Shown here piece by piece: positions 50,031-64,000 of a stretch of DNA of 64,000 nt (positions are counted from its first letter, which is position 1; every line of letters begins with the position of its first letter). The stretch is from NCBI GenBank assembly GCA_030390025.1, contig CM059439.1:66898001-66962000 (forward strand). The letters are read 5' to 3'. Made by a program: the position numbers and the translations under genes. Under the pieces are notes generated by a model. That model saw nothing but the letters and a program-made list of their open reading frames with translations, did no database searches and was not told where the DNA came from. The DNA comes from Squalus acanthias (lineage: Eukaryota).

Positions 50031-51252
50031 AGTTCAAGTTTGGATTAGTTCTCAGGTGCACCTTAGGTTGAACGCTTAGCATTTTCTTTTAAAAGCAGAT
50101 TGATGATATTTTGATAAATTAGCTCTTAGCATTTTTATTTTGGAACTTGCTTCAACTTGAACAATGGTATTGGCCAAATGAACTGCAGCAGCAACCATTT
50201 TTGAAATAAGCTCTGTACATTCTTCCTTCCTGGAAACCCATTGGCCAAAAGGCAAGGAATATACAGCATTACCCATACAGGACTTTTGTTATTATTGTTT
50301 CAGACTGACCCGTAACAGACGCAGCTGTTTGTGACTTGATACGTGTTTGAGGTTACAGTTCCCAGATGGTACTTTAGGAATGCTATTAGCAAATACTTGT
50401 AGAGCTGTCTTTGGATTTCAGCAAGAGATACATACTGTTTCTTTATGGGTACTGAAGGGAAATTAGTAATGGTATTAAAATTGCAGCCATTCTGTTGTGT
50501 AGATCTCTTCATTTCAGTGTTAGCCATCTTGAATTCAAAGCAGGAAGTAATATTGTTCACACGACGAGAGGATAGCCGTGACAAAGGGAGGGTGAGCAGG
50601 GGTTGAAGGAACAGTTAAATACTTACCTATTAATATAAAACTCATTAGACATAACTTATCTGAATTAGCAGCTAGCACAAATATTGGTATCACAGAAAAA
50701 TGAACCTCATTAGGCAATGGGCAAGAGAGGGATCAGGAAGGTTCCTAGGAATAAGACATACAGATGTTGGAAGGATAGAAATAAGAATAGAAACTCTGGA
50801 ATTTCCTCCCTAAACCTCTCCGCCTCCCTCTCCTCCTTTATTTCGCTCCTTAAAACCTACCTCTTTGACCAGGCTTTTGGTCATCTGTTCTGATATCTCC
50901 TTATGTGGCTCGGTGTCAGATTTTGTTTGCAAACGCTCCTGTGATGCGCCTTGGGACATTTTACGGGCGCTAGATAAATGCAAGTTGTTGTTGTGGTAGA
51001 AAATGAGATGGCAGATATAAGATTAGTAGTAAGGCTATCAAATTAATAATTGCTAATGTGTATAGACTACATCCTCAAGGTGAATTGGTAGATAGAGTGT
51101 TTGGACAGCTAAGGGAGGCACTCGGGAATCACTAGGGACTGGGTTGAGACTCCTCAAACTCCTTGTGCAATGAACCACCCAATTGTGTGCTAACCCATTC
51201 CCCTCTAGTAATCGTTACATAGAAAAGTATAAAAGCAAAAAAGTATATATTT

Positions 51253-51677
51253 TAGAAACATAGAATCTAGGAGCAGGAGTAGGCCATTCGGCCCATCGAG
51301 CCTGCTCCACCATTCAATACGATCATGGCTGATCATCCAAATCCAGTACCCTGTCCCTGCTTTAATCCCCACAGTACACATATCCCACCCTATCCCCGTA
51401 ACCCCACGTATTTAATTCCCCCTAACATATCCCATCCTATCCCCATAACCCCACATATTTAATCCCCCCCTAACACTAAGGGTCAATTTATCATAGCCAA
51501 ATCAACCTAACCCGCACATTTTTGGACTGTGGGAGGAAACCGGAGCACCCGGAGGAAACCCACGCAGACACGGGGAGAATGTGCAAACTCCACACAGACA
51601 GTCACCCGTGGCCGGATTCGAACCCGGGTCCCTGGCGCTGTGAGGCACCAGTGCTAACCACTATGCCACCGTGATGC
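51253..51677 (-). mobile_element. V-SINE (HE1-like)
   Basis: Close reverse complement of 45010-45458. Confidence 0.92.
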
Positions 51678-51879
51678 AGCGAGTAGGAGGAAGAATCAGA
51701 ATGTGTTTGCATACTCTTCTTTCACCTCTTGGGACAGGGGTTCAAATCCAGTCCTGACTGAAAAGATGAGAGTGTCATCTCGCTGCTTATTGAAATTTGT
51801 TTCAGCGGCCTCAACCCAGTGGGTGTGGATCTACGGTGATCAATTCTAGGACGTTTTGTGGTAATTGGCGTTAAATCAT

Positions 51880-52870
51880 CTCAGAAATCTGTAACAAATG
51901 TAGAAGTCAATAAAGGGAAGATTTCCAAGAAACTTAAAGGATTAGACGCCCGCAGGGGCCTCAACCAGATGGGATACAGTGTAAGACCTTCAAGAAAAAG
52001 AGTGAGGATTTCACCAAAGCTTTCTCTAATATTTCCATGAGATCCAAGACTATCGGGGCCCATGTAATCCCAATATTTGTGAAAGGATTCAGAAGCAAAT
52101 CTGGGAATTTTAGGCTCTGGAAGGGGTATAAAACATAGTTTTATTCTCATGCCTCATGAATCTACTGGAATTCTTTGAGGAGATCATTAAATGAATGGAT
52201 ATAAGGTGTGTCTCCCTAAACTGATGCTCCCAGCAGGGATCATATTTTGGGAGATGATAAGGAGCACCGAAATGTGGATTCACCCCTATAGGGAACTTAG
52301 ATTTTCTACATTTGGAGCTTCTGAAGAAGATAAATGGATGTGGAATTAATGAAAAATCAACCAATTAGATTGAAAATAGGCCTGGCCATAGAAAACAGAA
52401 ATGATGATAAAGGGTTTGCTTTGGGGAGCAGTGACTTGTGGAGATCCACAGGAGTCTTTGAAGCTACACTTATGTAAGAAAATCTAGATCAAATTTTCAT
52501 ATCACAGGTGATAGTTGCAGGGGAGTCTGATAGTATTCAAAGAGATTTGGGCAAATGTGAGTGAATCTAAAACGCAGGGTCATAAATATATGATAGTCAC
52601 TAATAAATCCAATAAGGAATTCAGGAGAAACTTCTTTATCCAGAGAATGGTAAAAATGTGGAACTCGCTACTACATGGAGTGGTTGAGGTGAATAGCATA
52701 TATGCATTTAAGTGGAATCTAGATAAGTACATGAGGGACGAAGGAATAGAAGGTGATGCTGATAGGGTGAGATGAAGTAGGGTGGGAGGAGGCTCGTGTG
52801 GCGTATAAACAGCAACATAGAATAGTTGGGCTGAATGGCCTGCGTCTGTGCTGTCATTTCTATGTAATTC
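51880..52870 (+). mobile_element. Degraded CR1 RT region plus a younger CR1 3' end
   Basis: TQGHKYMIVTNKSNKEFRRNFFIQRMVKMWNSL and TTCTATGTAA tail repeats. Confidence 0.7.
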
Positions 52871-55475
52871 TATGTAAATTCAGAAGATGAGTTAACACAA
52901 AGCAGATGGCATCAACGGGTATAAAAATGCAAGATGAATCACTGGCACAAGAAACATGAAATGGATGCAAGGTGGAGAAGGAAAAGGATTTGGGTGTGAA
53001 GAGCACATTGCCAAAAGCATGGGAGTAGCTAACCTGCCTGTCTCTTAACTGTGGGCAGTGGCTGGTGCAGGGGTAGAAAATGCAATCGTAGAAAATGAAA
53101 CCTGCTGCTACCAGCCCTCCTATGTTTTGTTTGTTCCTGTCTTTGCGGTGTTTAAATACATTTTTGGAAGTGTCTTTCTTTGCTTCTCTGCAGAGTGAGA
53201 AAAATAACAAGAGACACAGAGAAAGAGAGAGAGAGAGAGAGCTAGAGAGAGCTATGGTAGCAGAGCTATCCCAGCATCCATAGCAGTAGTGAAATGCCTC
53301 TAAGAAATCAATAGGGCCAAATGTAAAGTTGGTAGATGGTGGGGTAGATTATTCAGACTCTGCTCGGTATGCCCAACATTTGCCCCCTTGAAAATGAGAA
53401 GCTAAGGCTGCATCACCGCAAGCTCACCAGAGACTTGACGCAAACATGTGTAATTCTGCCTCAACTGATCCACAGTAAGGGAATCTGGGTAGTTACTTGC
53501 ACAAGCAGAAACAAATCAGTGTAATTTACGGGGCTATAGTTTAAAGAGTCAAAAGAAAAACCAGCAGTTGAGAGCTGTAACACCAGCGCAGGCCAGTTTA
53601 GGTTGACGATAGCAAACATCCACACACGATACACTGTGTCATTCTGAAAGGGTGAGATGAAGCAGGGTGGAAGTAGGCTTGTGTGGAGCATAAACCAGTT
53701 GGGCTGAATGGCCTGTTTCTGTGCTGTATTTTCTACTTAATTCTACATAACAATCCTATCGACCAGTTCAGAAGGCTTTTATGTACAATGTAAGCAATGC
53801 AAACATGTGAGACCCCAACATAAATTAAATAGACATCTTTGCAACAAATCATTAAAAGCAGCAAAGCAACGCTCTAACACACTATTGTTCCAGACTATAA
53901 ACAACTACAGAGAGGTCTCACTCGCATGAATTCAGTTGTACTTAATTTTGTAAATGTGCGCTCTGTGTTTTAGCGCAAAGGATTTCTTTGATACAAAACT
54001 AGTTCTGTATTAGCTCCCATTGGAAATATTCTCATGTGCTTCCCATTGTGGGCAGTTTAGTGCTGTGCCCTCTCATGGTTACAGTTCAGTCAGTATCAAC
54101 AAACAAATCCTTTCAGCATCTCATATTCTAGTGCTGGGTACCAACTAATATGTGCTATACAGTGGATTACACATTGAAATCTATAGACCACAACAGTGCA
54201 TTATACAAGGAACAGCTTTGAGTTGAAAATTAAGCAGAGTGGTTCAAGAATTACATTATTGTCACCAGATATGTAAGCATTGTCTGGAGAAAAACTCAAT
54301 AAAACTATTTCACTCTGATCAAAGGAAGATTGCACGCGAGGATTAACGCAAACCTACAAATGATCAAAACATAAAGGATACAAATAGTATGTCATTATGA
54401 ATAGGTCTCCAGACAGATGTCGAAGACTTAATTGCAACCTTTGAATACATAATAGATTTAAATGCATGATATGTTAAACTATCACAAGTTTATAGGTCAT
54501 TAATAAAGATATCTAAAAATGGAAAAAAAGGGAACTGTTACAGGAAAGGTGGGGTCCAAAAGAAAAAGCAGACATTAAGAATTATAAAATGTCATTCGTC
54601 TATTTTGAACCCAGTCCACTCCCACCAGCATCAGCCCACTGGTATAGTTTCCTGCCATGGTCTCATACTGACATCAATACAGTTTCACCATTTACAGTCT
54701 AGTAGTTTCACAAACATAACCCACCTCATCAACACCAACTGCAACAGCTTCATTCAATGCAAATGTTTGCAATGCCTGTACGCCCACATCGATAAACTGT
54801 GCTTTAGTGCGGCATTTGACAGCAGCTAAACAGATTTTTTAATCTGCGGTTATATATTGGCTAAACAATAGTTATTTGAAAGACATGTAATAATGGATGA
54901 TAAGAACCCACAAGGACTTATTCTGGCCATGAGCACTGAAAAGTGCCTAAGCTAACTGTTATAGTGGAACCTCAGTTATCTGCCAATTGCATTATCCGCC
55001 GGGATTATCCCCTCCATTATAACACATAATTAAGATTTAACTGTAACTTTCTCAACTACAATATTTTTTTAACTAATCCCAGGACAAATAGCTTACCACC
55101 ATACCACTTACACACATTAACCACTGTTACGCTTCAGGTATTCTTTCACAGTGCCATTTGCTATTTCAATGATTTCAGCTGTTGACATGACTGGACCTCA
55201 TCACCTGTGATCCAGAAGCTGCCCCTTTACTTAGTTTGCCCTTTACACAGGTCAGAGCTGTGACAGACTAAAGTAAGTAAAAGCAAAGGAAAGAAGGAGA
55301 GCTTGAATTTATATAATGCTTTTCGCAACTTCAGGACATCTCAAAGCATTTTACAACCAATTAAGTGCTTCTTTAAATTGTAGTCATGGTTGTAATGCAG
55401 GGAAACATTTGACAATTGTTGACAATTATAATGCATACTATAGTTTAACAGTCCCTGCTGTCTGCAAGAGATATT

Positions 55476-56216
55476 GGCCCAAAAATTAGTCCCGCGACGC
55501 GAGAGTACGCACTGCGTACTCTCGCGTATTCTGTCACCAATTGCCGGTTTTCTGCATGCACTGCGCATGCGCTGAAAACCGGCACTTGGTTTTTGGAAAA
55601 GGGGGCGGTTCCTCGGTGCACCGCGTGCGCGCTACAGGCTGCGCGCACGCTGTGCACTTAGTGCTTTGGACGCGCAGGTAAGGACGGAAGATTTTAGAAA
55701 TGAAAAAAGGAGGAGTAAGACCCACTTTTAACAAGGTAAGTAGTGAATTAAGTATTATTTTGAATTTTTTTTAACAGGTATATCTTTTTTAGAGACTTTA
55801 AAGACAGGTAAGTTTATTTTTATAACTTTTTAAAAGATTTTAAATTTTTTCAAAAATTTAATTTTTTATTTAAAATGGTTAATTTATTTAACAATACTTA
55901 TTTTATTAATGTGATGGTTTTTTTTTATTTAATTGAGGTTTAGCTGTTATTTTGGGGGTGTGTAAGATTCATAGCTTTCACAGCACGTATGTGAAACTTA
56001 TGAATGGAAGATGGTGTGCTGCCATTGGCTCTAACTGAGTCACGTGATCCCACAGCTCGCACGAATTCACTACGCCGGTGGGATACGCAAGCACTGCCCA
56101 GCTGATGTCTAGAACATCAAGTTCGTGCGAGCTGGATCTGAAAAAGCCAACGTGGAGTGAGAGATCGCGGGGAAGCCTTACCCCCGCGTCAACACTCAGT
56201 CTTTAATTTCTGGGCC
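55476..56216. mobile_element. Harbinger-type MITE, family 2
   Basis: TIRs GGCCCAAAAATTA / TAATTTCTGGGCC. Internal hairpin CGCGAGAGTAC-gcactgc-GTACTCTCGCG. Confidence 0.8.
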
Positions 56217-56639
56217 AATATTTGGCCTTGGAATTTAAATATGACAACCTGCCGGAGGTCAGGAGCTTGTCCTTTGTATTCCACTTGTTTTTAATAAACA
56301 ATCCTCAACTTCGAAAGCTATGTGCATTCCTCCTTTTACTTTGCACTGCTGGTTTTGGCAGAGCAGTGTCACGTCACCCTCACAGTTCCACTCTCCCCCT
56401 TTTACATTCCCACCGCAGAGCCAAGCAGAAGCAGAACCAGCGAATCACCGTCAGCTTGTAAGACCAAGCAGTTTATATTCCTGGTTGGAGCTGGCGGTGA
56501 GACAACCACACGTTTGCCGTTAGCTGCAGATTTTAAATGCAAAAAGTGTCTTCTGTCATGGTGACAGGTGATAAAGGTTTGCAAACATGGATGAAAGTTT
56601 TCCAAAAGAGGTATTGTTTTGGCAGAGATTAAGTCAAGT

Positions 56640-56820
56640 ACTGATTATCTGTTCATTATTGTGTTGCTGTTTGTGGGAGCTTGCTGTGCACCAACTGGCT
56701 GCTGCATTTCCTACATTACAACAGTGACTACACTTCAAAAGTACTTCATTGGCTCCCAAGTGCTTTGAGATGTCCTGAGGTTGTGAAAGGCGCTATATAA
56801 ACGCAAGTTTTTTCTTTCTT
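56640..56820 (+). mobile_element. Deu-SINE 3' part
   Basis: GTTTGTGGGAGCTTGCTGTG...GGCGCTATATAAACGCAAG tail. Confidence 0.75.
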
Positions 56821-57539
56821 GACTGAATCAGGCACAAGCAAGTTACTACATGCCCACCTCAACGTCAATATTCAACTGTGTTTGCTTTAAATTCTTAATA
56901 TTTTCTTATTCAAGTTCCAATGGCACATATTGTCTTTCGTATGTTATGTAACAACAGGAGCAGTGCTGCTAAATTGGAGTACCTATTATCATCATCAAAA
57001 CAGTTGGTGGGGAGGAACAGAACGAGCAGAATTCCAATGTGGCAACAGTATTCAATGTCCATGTTCTACAGCGAGCACTACATTTTCTTTAACCAGTCAG
57101 AATTCTTCATTCAGTCTCCCCATAAGCTACTATTTACTCAATTAGAGTGAGGCACAGATGTAACAGTCCTTAAAAAGTCAGTTAAGTTCAGAAACAGTCT
57201 ATCCCCATACTTATTATATCCTCCCTCCTTGTGGACGTGCTTTGAGAAAAAGTAAAGGGAGCAGTACTGACAGAAAGAGCTTCTCCCCTTGAAAAGTGCT
57301 AATTGATGTTTATGAAAGATAGAGTGAGTGTAATGAGAATCAATACACAGGCAAGTCCTATCAATGCAGCAACTGAAATGTCGGTCATGTAAAATGCATT
57401 TAAAACTTTGATATGTTTCATTTTTACTTCAGCTAGAAACATCACCTAACCAATTCTAAATCTGCTGCTGATCAGACAACTGAACTTAAACTGCACTCAC
57501 CAAAGGGGGCTCCCAAAACAACCAAGCTGCACTAATCAA

Positions 57540-58360
57540 TACACAACCAAACTGCCTCACCATCCATCATACAACCAAACTTCCCCCACCACCACACCAC
57601 CAAACTTCCCTCACAATCACACAACCAAACTTCCCTCACAATCACACAACCAAACTTCCCTCACAATCACACAACCAAACTTCCCTCACAATCACACAAC
57701 CAAACTTCCCTCACAATCACACAACCAAACTTCCCTCACAATCACACAACCAAACTTCCCTCACAATCACACAACCAAACTTCCCCCACCACCACACCAC
57801 CAAACTTCCCTCACAATCACACAACCAAACTTCCCTCACAATCACACAACCAAACTTCCCCCACCACCACACCACCAAACTTCCCTCACAATCACACAAC
57901 CAAACTTCCCTCACAATCACACAACCAAACTTCCCTCACAATCACACAACCAAACTTCCCCCACCACCACACCACCAAACTTCCCTCACAATCACACAGC
58001 AAACTGCAATTACCATCCACCACACAACATTGCTTCACCAACATCATAACCAAACCTCTCTCAGCATCACACAACCAAACTGCCCTTACCATACATTCTC
58101 ACCACCATCCATCACAGCCCCAAACTGCCTCCCTATTGCAGCAGCAAACTATACACTCATCATCCATCACAAACCAATCTGCCCTGACCATTGCACAACC
58201 AAACTGGCTTCATCACACATCACGCAACCATACTGTCTCACCATCACACGAGAAAATGGCACTTACCACTGATCTCACAACCAAACTGCCTTCAGCAACA
58301 TACAACCAAACCACACTTACAATCCATTACACAACCAACCTGGCCTCACTAGTGCACAAC
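57540..58360. repeat. 25-bp minisatellite
   Basis: Unit CACACAACCAAACTTCCCTCACAAT, with a variant ending CCACCAC. Homogeneous over about 57570-58000, degenerate on both flanks. Confidence 0.95.
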
Positions 58361-58999
58361 TAAACTGGACAATTATGTGTGATGGATGTTGAGTGTATCA
58401 ATTATCTTTAACCTACTGGAATTATTCTTGTACCTCCACAAGATCTATCACCAGTCATCGATAGTTGATAGAACATCACATCTTACTTCAGTCTCATTTA
58501 AAAATATTAAGCAAATTTATTAAATAAACAATAAACAAGTAAATATGCGACAATACAAATATATATATTTATAATAGAAATTCTATTTCCTCACAGGAGA
58601 AAATAAAAGGTTGTGAATCGGAATGCTAATTGAAACAATTTTATATGCACACCTCCCATCCGTCTTATCTCCTTGCAGGCTGGGGAAGCTAACTAAAATG
58701 CATCAGCCTCTCAATCAAGTCTCAATTTGTCCATTCAACTATACTCAAAGGAATATTGCCCATTGCCTGATTTTTATAGCTCTTGAACTGTTAAAAAATA
58801 ACAGGCTGTCAAATTCAAAACTGAACCAATCACACAAAGTCTGTATATATTTCAGAATCGTGCTGTAGGACTTCCTATCAAGCTTGTTACCATGGTAACA
58901 ACAAACTTCACAAAATATATGACTAAATGGGTTGCAGGTGGCTTTATAAAATGTTATATATTGTGCCTGATTTAAAGGGACAGCTACTATACCAAAGAA

Positions 59000-59250
59000 A
59001 GAAAGAACTTGCGTTAATATAGCACCTTTCACAACCTCAGGACATTCCAAGGCACCTCACAACCAATCAAGTAATTTTGATGTGTAGTCACTGTTGTAAT
59101 GTTGGGCAACAAGGCAGCCATTTTGTGCATAGCAAGGTCCCAGAAATAGCAGATAGATAAATGACCAGATAATCTTTTTTATTGATGTTAGTTGAGGGAT
59201 AAATATTGGCCAGGACACTGGGGAGAACTCCCCTATTCTTATTCGAAACA
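59000..59250 (-). mobile_element. Deu-SINE, partial
   Basis: Same core and tail as at 29880. Confidence 0.75.
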
Positions 59251-61249
59251 TGACAGAACTGCTTCATATTTGTTATAGTCACTATCACATGAGCAAACTG
59301 CCACCATCATCCGTCACATAAAGTCATACCAACAGTGTCTTACTTTTGTAAAACAACAAGTCTGGATTGGACAACTCTTAATTAATGTTGACATTAAGCA
59401 GACAATTTTCTTCCTCCTCCTCCCCCCACCCACTCTTCCAGCATAAATCAGAGCCAGTCTTAACCTTGCCTGAACTCCCAGCTACATTTCAAGCTAGCTT
59501 AGGTGTGTTGGGTGAGTGCCGGGTGAGTCTTCCGCCTGGGAACCAGTGTTCACTCCAAATCAGGGGAGAGAGGCTTTACACCAATGCAACCCTTAAAGGC
59601 CTTGTAGCAGTGCAAATGCTAGACAGTTGTTTTGGCAGGCAGACGGCCCTCATTCCTGTAATGCATCCCTGCCACAACCAAGAATTCAAAAAACTACCTG
59701 TGTTAGGTGGTGTCTGGCTCGCTAAAAATCCTTCGATGTGAGGGTCCTGTAACATCTAACACCTGGTTTCCAAGGGTGGTCTTCGATGCAGGCATCAGCC
59801 CAACGGAATCCCAGGAAGCTGTTGTGATCAGTGTCATGATGTCACCACTGCATCCTTTCCATGCAATTTAAATGCTCCTGCCAGTTTCAGGTGGGGCTTT
59901 CCCATTCCCAACCCCGCTGGGTAAGGCACAGGATATGGGCGCAAGCACAAACAGGGTACATTGTGGGCCTGCGCTCCTATAACTACTCCCTGAGGCTCTG
60001 GGGACTGGCACACACAGGGCGTTAGGTGGAGGAAAACCTTGCCCCAATGATGCATTAAAGGCAAAGCTAGATATACACATGAGGAAGAAAGGAATAGAAG
60101 GATATGCTGATAGGGTTAGATGAAGTAGAATGGGAGGAGGCTCGTGTGGAACATAAACACCAGCATGGACCAATTGGGCTGAATGGCCTGTTTCTATGCT
60201 GTACATTCCACATAATGTTGGAATAGTTAGTGAAAAATTACATTCTTCCCCCGCCCGCCAATAACTGAGATGGGAAACGGACTTATTTCTGTAGGCGGTA
60301 AGGTCGTAGGGTTATCCATCTGAAGATCGCTCCAGACAAACGCTGGAAAACGTTTTTGTCTGCGAGATCAATTCCCAACACATTTATTTTTTGGGTGCCT
60401 TGGTCCCTTACTTTACCCTGTTGTCGCTCAGTGGTGGGCTCATGTCAAATCTCCAATCTGGGTCTTGCCCAGAATTTCCTTTCCCAGTGTTACAAAGCTA
60501 GCATATTACTGCTTTTTACACTGTTTTTCTTTCTTAATGTGGAAAGAACTGCACTTGGAGGTAACACAAATTCTCAAGCCAGTGCTGGTGTCAGAAGCAT
60601 CCAGTGTCACACAGGCATTTGTGGTGATGCTGGTGCTCACTGAAAAAAAAACGAAGGCCCAAGATTTTGGCAAGAGGAAATCATTGATTAACGCGGCGGA
60701 AACCTAATTCAACAATTTTCAGGCAGTGCGACGACAAGCTACCGTACAGAGACAAAAACAAAGAGCGTTTCCAGCATTTTCTGTTTTTATTTCGGAGTTC
60801 CAGCATCCGCAGTATTTCGCTCTTGTCTTATTGTACAGAGACAGCAGTCGCACAGGAACGAGCTCTGATTTCCACTGGGCTGGAACCGAAGAGAGGAGAC
60901 AGAAAGTGCATTAGTCCCCAACCCGTCGCAGCCTGCCATTGACTGGCTGGCTACCGAGCTACACATCTGCTGCTCTTCTGACCTCCAGTCTTTGAGGTGG
61001 AGGCAGAAGTTCCCGAATCAATGGAAATGCTGAGCTCCTGCCCAGACCTTTCTCGGCCTTGACATTCAGATACACCGGTACAGTTTTAAGTGTAGTGGTG
61101 GTACAAGGAGTAGAAATAAACAGGGACGAGGAGATACTTGCTCAAGGTGCAGAGTGCACGGAGCCATTTGAAACAGATTTGCAAAGATGCAGTTCTCTGC
61201 GTGACATGTTTAAAGCGTTGCCCTCAAATAGCTGATCTTTTTCTGTGAC

Positions 61250-62080
61250 AACAACTTGCATTTATATAGCGCTTTGAATACAGAAAATACCCCAAGGTGC
61301 TTTACAGAGAAGAAAAGAAGAATCAATAGAAAACAGATGCTGAGCCACGCAAGGAAGCGATTAGGAGGGGTAACTGAAAGCTTGGTCGACAAGTTTTGAG
61401 AAGGCTTTTAAAGGTGGAATGGGAAGAGGAACATACGAACATTGATGGACAGGTAAAGACCCTCTGGTCCATCCAGCTTGTCCCACACAATTGTGATACT
61501 TTGTGTATCACGATATAATATACACTCTCCACCCCACTCAAAACCATGTGATCTCCTGGGAGAGGCGAAAAACCAGACAAAAATCCAGGCCAGTGTGGGG
61601 GAAAAAATCTGTGACATTCCTCTCCGACACCTCCCTCCCCCCAAGACAATCAAAACTAGTCCAGCACATCACCTTGGCCCTGATAATTCGATGCAGTACC
61701 TACCTTTTGTAGGAGGTGATCTCTGCCCCAGCCAGATGCTTGCAGGACTAAGGAGAGGCACAGGCGTTTGTAAAGTGAGATCCAGAGAGGAGGCCGAGGC
61801 AGCGGAAGACTCTGCCACCAAGGATGGCCTGAAGATAAAGGGGGATGCAAGAAACGGCCAGAGTCGGAGAACCGAATGCTGCAGCAGGGGACATAAGGAG
61901 GCTGCAGAGATGAGGGGAGGGGAGGCCATGGGGGGATTTGCAGATGAAGAAGAGAATTTGAAATTCAACATGTCTGGGGGCTGGGAGCCAATGTAAGTCC
62001 ACGAGGACAGGTGTGAAGGGTGAGCAGAAGTTAGGATGGGACAGGATATGGGCAGCTGGGGTTTGGATGAGTTCCAGTAG
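61250..62080 (-). mobile_element. Degraded L2 3' region with an internal insertion (about 61430-61730)
   Basis: TPVLVDLHWLPA...FQILFFICKS. The insert is reverse-homologous to 31720-31930. Confidence 0.7.
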
Positions 62081-63829
62081 TGATTCCACAATTATGATTT
62101 ACAGATTCGTTGAACATGAATTACAGTAAAGGGCACTTTAAGCTTTGGGATAGGTTCCTATATGTCTTTAAGTCTAGCAAAACTCTGATTACAACACAAT
62201 AATTGAAATTGTGATATTATGCTCTATTGAACTATGTGGGTGGGGGATAAGGCAGGACTTCCAAAATTTGACATACGAAGCGATTTGCTATATTAACCAA
62301 TATGATCTTATCAGGATCTCATGACCACAGTTGATAAAGGTCAGTATTTTCAGATGTTTCACTCACTTCTGTTATGTCTGATTACAGATGAAAGGAAATG
62401 AACAGTATAGGTCATATAAAGAGCATGTTGTTTCGGCTGCACATCATATAAAAATATGTTCTTTCATTGATCAGAGAACTGAAATGCCTCTTTCTCCACC
62501 GCCAACGAGTTCTTCAGTTGGGGAAGTACATATTTTACGGCGATCAGCAACTGGCCAGGAAGCTATTTATTTTATTTACCAGGGAGAGGACTTTGAGCTT
62601 CTGGAACTTTTAGTACGGCAGGAGGTTAAAGGTGTTGCATCAGCCTGTGGGAGTCAGGGCAAGTTGTTTCCATGGCAATGTCATCAGGTTTGTACAATCA
62701 AAGACAACAACAGCTTACATTTGTGTAGTTCCTTTAAACATAAGATGCTTCAAGGTGCTTGGCGTAGGAGCGAGAGGGGCCGAGTAGGAAAGGATTTAGG
62801 AGGGTCAGTCAAAGGCACAGTCCAGAAGGTGGCGTTTAGGGTTTTTAAAGGCGAGAAGGAAGTAGTGAGGCAGAAAGATTTAGGGCGGAAGTTCTAGAAG
62901 ATGGAGCTAAGACAGCTAAAAACACCTGTTGTAGCTTATGTTTATATCGAAATTATAAACATTCTATAAATTTCAGAAATGTATCAAGGTGAGAGAGGCG
63001 GAGCAGGCTCGAAGGGCCAAATGGCCTGCTCCTGCTCCTATTTCTTATGAGACAGAAAGGGAAAGACAAAGAGAGACAGAGCTCAACAGAGACACCGAGA
63101 CAGAGAGGTTCTAGAATTCCTGAGCTCCTGGAGAGCGGAATAGTTGATTTCTGCCCGGGGAGGCCAGGAATTTGGGCTGGATGTGCTAGGATTCTCAACT
63201 ATTTGCAGTGACACTTTAAATTCCGATGGGGAGGCAGTGGATGGAACTTTGGCCCGCCCCCTTCTCCCCTCCCACATCAGGGGGTTGTATCTGGGAAAGT
63301 TCCTAGGCTACCCCATGAAGGCCTCACCAGAGCTCTCGTTGTCTGAGAGCTGGTGTCATTCCTGCCAAGGACCTAGGGACTCCAAACCGTTACAAGGGGA
63401 TGGTAAGAGGCCCACTAGCAGAAGACCAGAAGAGGATCCTTTTCATCAGGCCCTTGCCGGGCCTCCTCTCCACTGATGGAGGGACATAGCATCGTTCTAA
63501 CACTGCGGCCCGTGGTTTGGGGCAGATGCCACCGATGTGCGCTTGAAAGCATAATGTGCCCATCTCAGCCATGTAATTGGCCCCATTCCCTGCAATTTGG
63601 GACAGGATTTGTGGCTCCAACCGTGAGTGAACAGGGCTCCATTGCACTACATGCACACTGATGGAGCAGAAATTTCAGGGCCAGTGTCCTTGCTCATTCT
63701 AATTTGTGTTCAATAAACAAGGGAAAAGGAATTGAAATTTCAAAGCCTCTCCGGCAAACAGAAAATAATTTATTAATAACTGGGCTTTGTTGCTAGAAAA
63801 TTTTAAATCCTAATTAGTGACAGCTGTGA

Positions 63830-64000
63830 GAAAGAAAGACAGAGTCAGAGACTTACAGAGGAACACAGAGAGAGACAGACTGTAAGGGAGAGAGCGCGGG
63901 AAAGACAAACAGACAGCGAGACAGACAGACAGTGACAGACTGTAAGAGAGCATGAGAGAGAGACAGACAGAGAGACAGACAGACAGTGACAGACTGTAAG
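63830..64000. repeat. GA/GACA compound microsatellite
   Basis: AGAC and AGAG runs with a repeated GACAGACTGTAAG motif. Confidence 0.9.

Noticed and set aside
57570-58000. CRISPR-like array
   Set aside because: Head-to-tail repeats with no unique spacers, in a eukaryotic context.
29632-64000. miR-181 hairpins, expected antisense in the intron upstream of the NR6A1 DBD exon
   Set aside because: No AACATTCAACGCTGTCGGTG or AACATTCATTGCTGTCGGTG seen by eye. They may lie outside the window.

Overview
Eukaryotic, repeat-dense vertebrate DNA. The repeat set (HE1-type V-SINEs, Deu-domain SINEs, CR1 and L2 LINEs, GIY-YIG Penelope elements, many Harbinger MITEs) points to a cartilaginous fish, probably a shark (inference). 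The window appears to be mostly intron of a minus-strand nuclear receptor gene of the NR6A (GCNF) group, which the ORF track misses. Two intact coding exons were found by eye: a 231-nt exon with both C4 zinc fingers (29401-29631) and a 56-nt T/A-box exon (12994-13049). The protein differs from canonical NR6A1 at about 12 positions that are normally highly conserved, so it may be a separate paralog. The rest is nested mobile DNA: a near-intact Harbinger transposase, decayed Harbinger genes, Harbinger and hAT MITEs, two LTR-like segments, and Penelope insertions carrying minimal hammerhead ribozymes. Two of these are near-perfect fold-back palindromes with a ribozyme on each strand. One Harbinger MITE family has a chain of internal hairpins with compensatory base changes. 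Most short ORFs in the track are spurious. Repeat boundaries without a cited TSD or TIR are approximate.
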